A stretch of 64,000 nt of DNA from NCBI GenBank assembly GCA_039931165.1, contig JBDTSL010000002.1, positions 7,134 through 71,133 on the forward strand, read 5' to 3'. This stretch comes from Candidatus Doudnabacteria bacterium (lineage in GTDB: Bacteria; Patescibacteriota; Doudnabacteria; UBA920; O2-02-FULL-48-8). Shown here piece by piece: positions 9,494 to 18,153 of this stretch (position 1 is the stretch's first letter; every line of letters starts with the position of its first letter). Both the position numbers and the translations under genes were made by a program. A model generated the notes under the pieces. That model searched no databases and had not been told where the DNA came from. It was given only the letters and a program-made list of their open reading frames with translations.

Positions 9494-9937
9494 CTAGAGC
9501 TTCTTGGCTTCCTTTACAAACTCTTCTACATCGGCAAACTTTCTGTAAACTGACGCGAATCTGATATACGCCACCTGGTCTTTGCCTTTTATCCTCTTCA
9601 TCACGATATTGCCGATATCGCGGGAAGGGATCTGGGCTTTGCCTGTTTTCTGGATATCCTGCTCGATGCCGGCGACCAGGGAGTGAAAATCATCGCGGGA
9701 CAAGGGCCTTTTCTCAAAAGCCTTGCGGATGCCCGATTCGATCTTCTCCCGCATATAGGCTTCGGTGCTGCCATCGCGCTTGATCACGGCCAGGTCCAGA
9801 ATTTCCATCTCTTCATGGGTGGAAAACCTGGTTTCGCATTTGATACACTCCCGCCGGCGCCGAATTGCCATCCCATCGGAAATGGGCCGCGAGTCTAAAA
9901 CCTTGGTATCGTCATTTGAGCAGTTGGGGCAGCGCAT
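9494..9937 (-). CDS. nrdR: Transcriptional repressor NrdR
   Basis: MRCPNC...DSR...RRRRECIKC Zn ribbon plus ATP-cone (VIKRDG, AYIRFASVY). Confidence 0.97.
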   Translation of the reverse strand: MRCPNCSNDDTKVLDSRPISDGMAIRRRRECIKCETRFSTHEEMEILDLAVIKRDGSTEAYMREKIESGIRKAFEKRPLSRDDFHSLVAGIEQDIQKTGKAQIPSRDIGNIVMKRIKGKDQVAYIRFASVYRKFADVEEFVKEAKKL

Positions 9938-10061
9938 TTTTTAGGTCAAAAAAAATAAGAGAAATTGCTTAGGATAAGCCTCTCGGATTGTTATCAAAAG
10001 AAGCGAAGTTTGTGTTTTATTTAGTTTTTGTCTCCTAATAGAGCTTTATTTGTGCTCTCAA

Positions 10062-10165
10062 ACACTATATGTAGTATTGACCACAGTTACTATAGCCCCA
10101 TATGTAGAAACCTGTCAAAGACCAAATTTTGGCTATATATTGCTCAAGCAAACTAGATGTAGTAA
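10062..10165 (-). promoter_or_regulatory. Four NrdR boxes and the nrdR-nrdJ promoter
   Basis: ACACTATATGTAGTAT (10062), GCCCCATATGTAGAAA (10095), TGGCTATATATTGCTC (10130) and AAACTAGATGTAGTAA (10150) match acaCwAtATaTwGtgt. Minus-strand TTGACA (10118-10113) and TATAGT (10094-10089) bracket box 2. Confidence 0.8.
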
Positions 10166-10350
10166 AACTTATCAACACAATTTTTAATTTTCGGAACGCT
10201 TTGTCAAATGACAAAAATTGACAAAAAAATTCGCAAACTGTAAACTATAAGCAACATTAATTTTGCAAAAATTATGTTGCTCGGACACTAAAATACAGTT
10301 GACAAAACGCCCCAAAAGGGCGTTTTTGTTTTTTGGAGTATAATATGCTC

Positions 10351-11505
10351 ATGAGTAAATGCATATATTGCGGCAATAATCCCATTCCCCACCGGATCCA
10401 TAAATTTTATTCGTCGATCGACATATGTCTTGAGCCGATCCGAAGAAATTTCAGCCAAAGCCGGTTTGGACGCGCTACTGATAAACTGACCACATGGATT
10501 GCTTTGGGCTTATTTCATCTGCTGCGGCCTTTGGGGCTGATAAAGATCAACCGGGATATAAATCTAGTGCCTTTCCCCCGCGCAAAAGCTCTTTGGCAGG
10601 AAGCTGTTGACCGCGGCATCGAACTGGAGGAAATCAAACTTTTCAATCGCTCAATAGATCTTTACCGGACAAAAATCAGGGGCAAACAAATGTATTTTAT
10701 GAATCTGCCTCGGAAGCAGGATGTGGCGACTTCCAATTTGGCTTGGATAGACGATAAGTATTTGCTTAAAAAAAGACTTTTGGACAATCGTTTTCCGGTA
10801 CCTGCGGGCGGCGCTTACACAAACTTATCGGATGCCGTCAAAACTTTTCAAGCGCTGGACAAACCGGTAATAGTCAAGCCGCGCTCCGGATCCCGCGGCC
10901 GGCATACCACTACTAACATTTATTCTGAGGATGATTTTATCCAGGCCTTCAAGATCGCCAAACAGCTCTGTTATTGGGTCATTGTGGAAGAACATTTATT
11001 CGGCGATGTCCAGCGAGGAACCGTGATCGGCGGAAAACTGGTCGGCGTCTTAGGCGGCTCTCCACCGCGCGTGACAGGCGATGGCCGGCAGACAATTGCC
11101 GAACTGATAAAAATCAAAGATGCCGGCCGGCCGGACAAGGTCAAAGAGACAAAAGTCAATCCATATTTTATGCAGCGCGCGAATCTGACTATGGAGACCG
11201 TACCGGAAAACGGCAAAGCAGTGGATTTGTCGGAGAAGATCGGGGTCAATTACGGCGGCACGTCCTATGATTGCACCCCAGAAACCCACCCCGAAACCAA
11301 ACAAATGCTTCAGCACGCGGCTACGGTTCTGGATGTTTCAATCGTCGGCTTTGATTTTATCGTACCGGACATCACCAGAACCTATAAAGAACAAAAATCC
11401 GGCATCATCGAAGCCAACGGCGCGCCTTTCATCCAGCTCCATCACGATCCGCTGTATGGCCAATCCATCAACGCCGCGAAATATGTTTGGGACCTTATTA
11501 CGTAA
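10351..11505 (+). CDS. ATP-grasp ligase resembling the N-terminal ATP-grasp region of cyanophycin synthetase/GshAB
   Basis: DDKYLLK, PVIVKPRSGSRG, VEEH, VTGDG, GFDF and IEAN motifs; N-terminal CxxC. TATAAT at 10339 suggests a near-leaderless start at 10351. Confidence 0.75.
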   Translation: MSKCIYCGNNPIPHRIHKFYSSIDICLEPIRRNFSQSRFGRATDKLTTWIALGLFHLLRPLGLIKINRDINLVPFPRAKALWQEAVDRGIELEEIKLFNRSIDLYRTKIRGKQMYFMNLPRKQDVATSNLAWIDDKYLLKKRLLDNRFPVPAGGAYTNLSDAVKTFQALDKPVIVKPRSGSRGRHTTTNIYSEDDFIQAFKIAKQLCYWVIVEEHLFGDVQRGTVIGGKLVGVLGGSPPRVTGDGRQTIAELIKIKDAGRPDKVKETKVNPYFMQRANLTMETVPENGKAVDLSEKIGVNYGGTSYDCTPETHPETKQMLQHAATVLDVSIVGFDFIVPDITRTYKEQKSGIIEANGAPFIQLHHDPLYGQSINAAKYVWDLIT

Positions 11506-11618
11506 TTAATTACGTAATTAAATATATATTGATGTATATACAAGCGTATACATTTTTTTGGCAAAAAAAATGCCGGAACCTAAATTGCTTAAGTTTCGGC
11601 CAAACGCTTCGATCTGAG

Positions 11619-12647
11619 TCAGGCGGTCATGACTTTTTCTATCTTCATGACGCTCCTCTGGAAGTCCGAAAGCTCACGGGACACCAGTCGTTGAGTGATT
11701 TTCAGATATCTGCCCGTGCATGCCTCCAACACTTCCGCGGGAACAAGGATGTTGCCAACCTGTTGCTGGCTATGAACCGATTTCGCATCGAGTTTCCCGA
11801 TGTTCACGGTTACATTGTCCGGGTATACGCGAGCCTGCTTGCCCCACTCCCGGACCGGCTGCTTGTCGTAGCCGCCCGGAGCTTTGCCCAAAGCCTGGGC
11901 AGCTCGGTACTCGTCCGCGTCCCAGTAACGGGATGAGTCCGGGGTCGCTATCTCATCGCAGATCATCAGTCCCATGTCGAACTCGAACTTCGTATCGGCG
12001 AAGATGATCCCTTTCTCCCGGGCGTGTTTCCGGATCTGATCGAACAGATGAACCGAAAATATCTCAACACCCAACCCGTAGTTGTCCACCACGTACTCTC
12101 GCGTCACTGGCTCGTCGTGCCCGGATTCAGCTTTGTCCGTGGGGGTGTACATCGGCTGCTCAAGCCATGCGCCGTCGATGAGCCCGTCCGGAAGCTGATA
12201 CCCCCAGAGGTTTCGAGAACCGGATTTGTATTTCTCCCAGGCCGACCCTGTGAGCACCCCGCGAACCACGCACTCGACGGGCATCATATCCCGTTTAATG
12301 ACCACGAGCGCGCGAACCTGAAGTTCAGGCCGGTTGCGCAAACGCAGCGGCAGATATTCATCGATCCCGCTGCCGAAGGCGACGAGATGATGAGCGTGCT
12401 TGGCCAATACTTCTGTCAGGAAGTAGACGGTCAAGGCCGTCAATACTTCGCCTTTTTTCGGCACCAGCGCCCCGAGCACGAAGTCGAAAATTGAGATTCG
12501 GTCGGTCGCGACCACCAGCAGATGGTCCGGATAACCTTCCACTGCGTATGTGTCACGGACCTTGCCTTGGTGGACACGCTTGAGTCCGGCCTGCGCCAGT
12601 TCTTCTGAGATCGCGGATTCGGCAACCGACGGCGGAATGTACGGCAT
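11619..12647 (-). CDS. purC: SAICAR synthase
   Basis: GKVRD, TDRISIFD, VECVVRG, TPTDKA, DTKFEF, DEIATPDSSRYW, YDKQ; SD AAGGAG. Confidence 0.93.
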   Translation of the reverse strand: MPYIPPSVAESAISEELAQAGLKRVHQGKVRDTYAVEGYPDHLLVVATDRISIFDFVLGALVPKKGEVLTALTVYFLTEVLAKHAHHLVAFGSGIDEYLPLRLRNRPELQVRALVVIKRDMMPVECVVRGVLTGSAWEKYKSGSRNLWGYQLPDGLIDGAWLEQPMYTPTDKAESGHDEPVTREYVVDNYGLGVEIFSVHLFDQIRKHAREKGIIFADTKFEFDMGLMICDEIATPDSSRYWDADEYRAAQALGKAPGGYDKQPVREWGKQARVYPDNVTVNIGKLDAKSVHSQQQVGNILVPAEVLEACTGRYLKITQRLVSRELSDFQRSVMKIEKVMTA

Positions 12648-12848
12648 ACCAGCTCCTTATAGTGAATGCCAAAGCAAAAAAGTTAACAAACCTGCCAACA
12701 TCAGGAGAAGTGGCCAATTCACTCGCAGTGAATGAAAGCCCAAAAAACTCATGAGTTCCTCCTCGAAACTCGAAATATACGATAGTCAATATTACTACGG
12801 AAACGGCTTTAAGAGCAAATGCCCAATAAAAAAGAGTTGAGCGACTTG

Positions 12849-14171
12849 TTAGTCACCCAACCCATTGTGCGTTCCAAACACCTGGTCGAAAATGTGATCT
12901 ATGTACTTGAGTTTCTCGTCAAGCACAAAGCACGACTCGATGTCGGAAGGCGAAACAAGACTTGCGATGCGCGGATTGTCGAGCAGCGCCTGCTTGAAAT
13001 CAGCGCCCGTCTCCCAGCAGGCCTGCGCGATGTCATAGGCCAGAGCGTGTGCTTCCTGCCTGGGCAGTCCGCTTTTGTCGGCAAGCAAGGCCTGCACGTC
13101 TTGTGAAAAGATCAAGCCTTTCGTCAGGCTGAGATTATAGAGCATCCTGTCCGGAAACACACTCCATCCCTTCACGATCCTGGTGAACCTGGCCAGAATA
13201 TAGTCGATGAGAATGGACGCATCCGGCAGAATGATCCGTTCGGAGCCGGAGTTCGAGATGTCCCGTTCGTGAAGTGTCAGCTGATTTTCGTATGCCGCGT
13301 GAGTATATCCCTGGATCACCGCGGCAAGTCCTGAGACGTTCTCCGCCCCGATCGAGTTGCGCTTGTGGGGCATGGCCGATGAACCCTTCTGTCCTTTCCG
13401 GAACGCTTCCTGTAGTTCGCGGACCTCCGTCTGCTGCATCAGCCTTCCGGCCATGGCAAACTTGCGGATCGAACCGGCGATGAGACCGAGCACTGTGACG
13501 TACTCGGCGATGATGTCGCGGGAGATGACCTGTGTTGTGATCGTCGGCACCAGGCCCAACCGCTGACAGACGATCTGTTCGACATTCGGAGGCAGCGTGT
13601 ACATTCCGACCGCGCCGGAGAGCTTGCCCACGGTCAATCTCTTCATCAACTGCTGTGTGCGCTCGAAGTGACGGCCCATCTCATCGTGCCAGTTGGCGAG
13701 CTTCACGCCGAAAGTGATGGGCTCGGCATGCACGGTGTGAGTCCGCCCGATCATCGGCGTGTATTTGAATTCATGCGCGCGTGCCCTGAGGGTGAGCATG
13801 AACGCGATGATATCTTCCTGGATCAGCGTCAGGCTTTCCACCAGCTGTAGCATCAGGCCAGTATCGCCGCAATCCATGCTCGTCATATAGTAATGCCAGT
13901 GAGGCCGGAGTGCGGGCGGCAGTTGCGGCGACGTGTAGTCGAGAAACGCCATCACATCATGTCCGGTGCCGCCCTCCTTGGTCTCCAGTTCTTCAATCGC
14001 ACCAGCATCGATGTTGATAGTATGCTGAAGATCATCGGGGATGGCAACCGAAATTTCTCCCAGTTGCGCGCGGGCGCGCATGGCTTCGACGTCGACCCTG
14101 ACCCAGTTGCGCAGCCTCTGGTCTTCGCTCCAGATCTTTCCCATTGGTCCGCGTGTATAACGGTTAATCAC
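12849..14171 (-). CDS. purB: Adenylosuccinate lyase
   Basis: HDV, GRTHTVHAEP, SGAVG, GSSAMPHKRN, HERDIS; GTG start with GGAGGAG SD. Confidence 0.93.
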   Translation of the reverse strand: MINRYTRGPMGKIWSEDQRLRNWVRVDVEAMRARAQLGEISVAIPDDLQHTINIDAGAIEELETKEGGTGHDVMAFLDYTSPQLPPALRPHWHYYMTSMDCGDTGLMLQLVESLTLIQEDIIAFMLTLRARAHEFKYTPMIGRTHTVHAEPITFGVKLANWHDEMGRHFERTQQLMKRLTVGKLSGAVGMYTLPPNVEQIVCQRLGLVPTITTQVISRDIIAEYVTVLGLIAGSIRKFAMAGRLMQQTEVRELQEAFRKGQKGSSAMPHKRNSIGAENVSGLAAVIQGYTHAAYENQLTLHERDISNSGSERIILPDASILIDYILARFTRIVKGWSVFPDRMLYNLSLTKGLIFSQDVQALLADKSGLPRQEAHALAYDIAQACWETGADFKQALLDNPRIASLVSPSDIESCFVLDEKLKYIDHIFDQVFGTHNGLGD

Positions 14172-14188
14172 AGTCTCCTCCGATCAAA

Positions 14189-15368
14189 GAAACGAAAAGT
14201 GCTTAACGCAGTATAGCAAAAATTGGCAATAAAAAAAGGCGGAGACGAAAGCGTCAACGCCGGTTAAATAAATCCGTCCACTTGCCATTCCAGAGTTTGA
14301 CCGGCCATATATGGCCGGACTGCACCGATCATCTCCGGCACTTGCCAGGGCTTTCGGATCAAGACCAGTTTCTCCTTGTTCCTCGGCAACCGGTAGAAGT
14401 CAGCTCCGAAAACCGAAGTGAAGTTGGCCAGGGCATCCGGGTTCGCGTGAACCTGAAATAGCCTGACGAGCTCGGGCATGAGCACGGGAGCCGTGAAGCC
14501 GCCGTTCGCAACCTTGATCGGGCCTTTGTTCGCTGCCGGATGCGGCGCCGAGTCGCTGCCAAAAAATACATTCGGTGGACGACTCTCGTACACGAGCTCC
14601 ATGATCGCTTTTTGATCCGCAAACCCCTGGATCTCCGGCTTCATGATCAGCTGTGGTTCAAGTTCGCCGCCGCGAACGTCGTTCTTGTTGTGCTTCAGGT
14701 GCGCCAGAGTCACTGTGGCCGCGACTGGCCGGGTCTTCTCGTGCATGCGACGAACGAACTCTACGGTCTCGCGACAACTGATATGTTCGACGACGATCCT
14801 CAAAGTAGGAAAATCGTCGGAGAGTTGTTCGACCTTAGGCAAGCAGCTGCGCTCGCGCTGATCACAGTCTACGGCCGGATCCGCATCTTCGGCGTGGATC
14901 TGCAGAACCATATCGCAATCCTGCATCACTTCCAAGCAAGAATAAAGCGGACGAAAATCAACAAGTCCGCCTTTCGAACCGGTTGTAATTCCGGCATACA
15001 ACTTCAACCGGCCAAAGTACGACCGGGAAAATTCCTTGACCATGTATGGGGTCGTTGTTGGTATGAGTTTCGGCGAAACCAGAGTGGTGCAGCCGAATTT
15101 CTGAGACTGATCGTTGCATTCGTCATCATAGGCTTGCGCCTCTGCAACTGTTTCGATCGGGGGTACGTTACCCATGGCGATACATCGGCGGAATTGCTTT
15201 GCTGACCACGGAACCACGTCCTTCAGCATCTCGCCGAAACGAAAGTGGGCGTGCCAGTCGTCCGGCGCGGGAAGGGTAATTTCGTTTTTCACAACTGCCT
15301 CCAGTTTGGAAACCGAAAAGGGCTTAACGCAGTATAGCAAAAATTACCAATAAAAAAAGACGGTCACG
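14189..15368. repeat. ~58-bp direct repeats (14189-14247 and 15309-15368) flanking pyrC
   Basis: Shared core GCTTAACGCAGTATAGCAAAAATT(GG/AC)CAATAAAAAAAG; on the minus strand it reads terminator T-tract followed by extended -10 TGCTATACT. Confidence 0.8.
14264..15292 (-). CDS. pyrC: Dihydroorotase (homodimeric type)
   Basis: PDDWHAHFR, KLY, IHAE, VEHI and GSDSAPH motifs; GTG 15292 with GGAGG SD. Confidence 0.9.
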   Translation of the reverse strand: MKNEITLPAPDDWHAHFRFGEMLKDVVPWSAKQFRRCIAMGNVPPIETVAEAQAYDDECNDQSQKFGCTTLVSPKLIPTTTPYMVKEFSRSYFGRLKLYAGITTGSKGGLVDFRPLYSCLEVMQDCDMVLQIHAEDADPAVDCDQRERSCLPKVEQLSDDFPTLRIVVEHISCRETVEFVRRMHEKTRPVAATVTLAHLKHNKNDVRGGELEPQLIMKPEIQGFADQKAIMELVYESRPPNVFFGSDSAPHPAANKGPIKVANGGFTAPVLMPELVRLFQVHANPDALANFTSVFGADFYRLPRNKEKLVLIRKPWQVPEMIGAVRPYMAGQTLEWQVDGFI

Positions 15369-15399
15369 CAAACGTGCCCGTCCAAACCAACTCATCCTC

Positions 15400-16167
15400 C
15401 TATTTCTTCCTGTACTCTTCGTACGTCGCCCGCAAGGTCCGAAACTCCGCCTTGGGCTTCCAGGCGACGTTTCCCGCCAGAATATCTGTCACCACCGCGG
15501 CGTCATCCTGCTGATACTGCGCCATCTGTCGGTGAAGCAGGCTTTCGACGGACAATGCCCCATGATTCGTGTCCTGATCGGCATAGCTCGTCTGCGCCGA
15601 CCGGTTCCACCACGAACAGATGACCACGACCTGACCGCCGCTGTCTTTGACCAGCTTGATCAGCTGGCCTGTCGTTGAGAAATTGTTCGTGACGTCTTCG
15701 CCGATCGCCACGCGCTCACCCGGATTGATGAAGTGACGGTTGAACACGAATTTCTCCTCGCCTCTCTCCTGGCCGATGCCGGCCGCTACCTGGACCTTCT
15801 CCGGGTAAACATAGCGGCAGCTCATCTCGCAAGCCAGGGCTTGCGCGACAGCCAATCCGCCCATGGGCGCGCCGAGCACGACATTGATGCAGTATTCATC
15901 AAGGTCACAAAGCTCACGCATCCGCTGCGCCCAGATGGCGTAGATCTCCGGATACTGTTCGGCGTAGGCGAAATCGGCGTAGTAGTCGCCGACTTTCTGC
16001 TTCATCGCGCCGCGGCTATCCTCGTACTTGCCCGCATACCCCACGAGCTTCCCGATGCGCGTCCCATCGGGGCGCTTCGGGCAATCATATGTCCCGCCGA
16101 CAAGATCTAGTGTCACGTCCGGGCTGTCCCCCATCGCGCTTCTCAGAAATGTTTTGGGAATCTGCAT
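15400..16167 (-). CDS. pyrE: Phosphoribosyltransferase, probable orotate PRTase
   Basis: GAPMGG and PRPP loop VAIGEDVTNNFST; directly downstream of pyrF; divergent sequence. Confidence 0.7.
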   Translation of the reverse strand: MQIPKTFLRSAMGDSPDVTLDLVGGTYDCPKRPDGTRIGKLVGYAGKYEDSRGAMKQKVGDYYADFAYAEQYPEIYAIWAQRMRELCDLDEYCINVVLGAPMGGLAVAQALACEMSCRYVYPEKVQVAAGIGQERGEEKFVFNRHFINPGERVAIGEDVTNNFSTTGQLIKLVKDSGGQVVVICSWWNRSAQTSYADQDTNHGALSVESLLHRQMAQYQQDDAAVVTDILAGNVAWKPKAEFRTLRATYEEYRKK

Positions 16168-16177
16168 TCGGCCTCCT

Positions 16178-16855
16178 TCAGGCTGTCTGAATTTCGGCGA
16201 CCAGGCTTTTCCACGCTTCGGCCGGATCTGAGGCCTCGATCACCTGACTTGCGATCACCAGATGGTGAGCGCCGGCTGCCAACGTTGCCGCCGGTGTTGC
16301 CACGCGTTTCTGATCACCTGCTGCGACTCCGACAGAACGCGTGCCCGGCACGACTCTTTTGAACACGCCGTGCATGTGAATCAGAGACTCCACTTCGAGA
16401 GGCGAACAAACGAATCCAGACGTGCCGCCACTCGCCGCGAGCTCCGCGAAGTAAGCCACAGCCTCTGCCGGAGTTCGGCCGTACATGTCGTGAATTTGCA
16501 TCGAAGTCAGTGAGGTGAGGACCGTGATACTCAATACCTCTAGCCCAGACTCCACCGCCGCCTTGACCATGTCCCTGCCGCCCTGTGCGTGAACCGTGAT
16601 AATGTCGGCTCCGGCTTTCCTGAGCGCCGTCGCGCGGCGGCCCACGGTCTTCGGAATGTCATGAAGCTTACAGTCGACCCAGACCCGAGCCGCGCCGTTG
16701 TCTTTCAATCGCTGAATGATCTCGGGCTGATCACTCCCGTCAAGCAGGTCGTGGACCTTCACGCAGTACGCGTACTGGCCCAAAAGTTGGGTCAGCTCAA
16801 TCGCCCTAGACTCCTTCAGACCGTCCAATGCCAGGATCAAACGTTCGTCTCGCAT
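16178..16855 (-). CDS. pyrF: Orotidine-5'-phosphate decarboxylase
   Basis: LILALD, DCKLHDIPKTV, ITVLTS, GFVCS, PGTR, DQKRVATP. Confidence 0.92.
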   Translation of the reverse strand: MRDERLILALDGLKESRAIELTQLLGQYAYCVKVHDLLDGSDQPEIIQRLKDNGAARVWVDCKLHDIPKTVGRRATALRKAGADIITVHAQGGRDMVKAAVESGLEVLSITVLTSLTSMQIHDMYGRTPAEAVAYFAELAASGGTSGFVCSPLEVESLIHMHGVFKRVVPGTRSVGVAAGDQKRVATPAATLAAGAHHLVIASQVIEASDPAEAWKSLVAEIQTA

Positions 16856-16991
16856 TGTTCTACCCTCGGTTCAACTGTCATTTGTACTGCCAAGCAGTTT
16901 GCTTAGTCGCTATATACTAGCAAATCCCCCAATCGCGAGGCAAATAAAAAGAGGCGTTTCTGAAAGACAACGCCCCGCTGACTTCTTGAAC

Positions 16992-18005
16992 CTAGCGCTC
17001 ATAAAACGCACCCGCACGGCCAAGTTTGTTTGCTCGATTGATGATGCGCTGGACCCGCCACGGACGCAAAAATGCGACAGAACCGATTGCGACGGCCGAT
17101 GCTCCTGCCTCCGCCAGCCGATTGACGTCCCGCGGCTTCAGTATCCCGCCGCCGGCGATGATTGGTTTTTTTATGCCTGCTACGCGAGCTTCTCTTACCC
17201 ACTTCACCACCTGCGGCAAGAGATATGCGCCTGACAGTCCGCCGCCGCCAGCTCCTTTAATGTGATTAAGCGGCGATAAAGTGGTCCCAAACATCTTTAC
17301 GCGGTCAGCTTCCGGAATCTCCAACCACGGAATCGTATTCGAGCTGCAGAAGCCGGCGCAGTTGTCATCCTGGGAGATCTCAAATGCCGCTATGATCGGG
17401 AAGTTGGTATTGATCTTCACGATCACCGGTGCGCGAAGCGAGTGCAGGATGGCGGCACTGGCTTTGGTCTCCCGTACTTTCTCGGCGATGATCTGGTCTT
17501 CGTGCTCGACGTTTGGGCAACTGATGTTAAGCTGGATGCCAAACGGGACCTGGAAAGGCCGGAATTGACGAATCATCCAGACCATGTCCCGCAATTCCTG
17601 CAGTCGTTCGTGCATGGTCCCGGCCACCGACATGACCGAAATCTGGAACGGTTTCTCAAGCTTGTGCCAGATTCCTTTATGAAGGAGTTCCGTAAGTCCG
17701 GGCCCTGAAAGCCCGACCGCATTCAGCGCAACGCCGAGCAGAAAACTGCGCGGGCTTACGAATATGCACTTGGGTTTGAGTTCCCGAGGCGTCATTCCGT
17801 CTGACCGCAGCGGCATGTTGCCGCCTTCACAGTAAGCCGGTCCCCGGCGCGGATCGAGAGTTGTAGTCTTGGCGACGAAGGAACAATTATCGAAGCTGAA
17901 ACCGCTCCCTTTCAAGTAGCGATGATAAGGGTAGCCATTGCCGTCGAAATTGCGGATCCCGCTCTGGTCGATGGCGTAGTTGAACCGAATATTTCCAAGC
18001 AGCAT
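16992..18005 (-). CDS. pyrD: Dihydroorotate dehydrogenase (divergent)
   Basis: KTTT, NAVGLSGPG, LNISCPN, NTI, GGLSG, GGGI; ATG 18005 with GGAGGAG SD. Confidence 0.85.
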   Translation of the reverse strand: MLLGNIRFNYAIDQSGIRNFDGNGYPYHRYLKGSGFSFDNCSFVAKTTTLDPRRGPAYCEGGNMPLRSDGMTPRELKPKCIFVSPRSFLLGVALNAVGLSGPGLTELLHKGIWHKLEKPFQISVMSVAGTMHERLQELRDMVWMIRQFRPFQVPFGIQLNISCPNVEHEDQIIAEKVRETKASAAILHSLRAPVIVKINTNFPIIAAFEISQDDNCAGFCSSNTIPWLEIPEADRVKMFGTTLSPLNHIKGAGGGGLSGAYLLPQVVKWVREARVAGIKKPIIAGGGILKPRDVNRLAEAGASAVAIGSVAFLRPWRVQRIINRANKLGRAGAFYER

Positions 18006-18116
18006 CTCACTCCTCCATGAAAGCTGAAAAAAGGACTTCGAAATATTATAGCACACCCAGCAGTAGAAATTCGATTCGCTTCGTGGTAAAAAAATCGAAT
18101 TTCACTGCTGGGCAAG

Positions 18117-18144
18117 AAAAAGCCGCGGCAATTGCCGCGGCTTT
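18117..18144 (-). terminator. Intrinsic terminator after ftsZ
   Basis: AAAGCCGCGGCA-AT-TGCCGCGGCTTT hairpin with flanking A/T runs. Confidence 0.75.
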
Positions 18145-18153
18145 CGTCAAAAT

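Noticed and set aside
11619-14171. PurZ/PurB diaminopurine (Z-base) pathway
   Set aside because: The partner of purB has SAICAR synthase motifs, not the PurA/PurZ fold.
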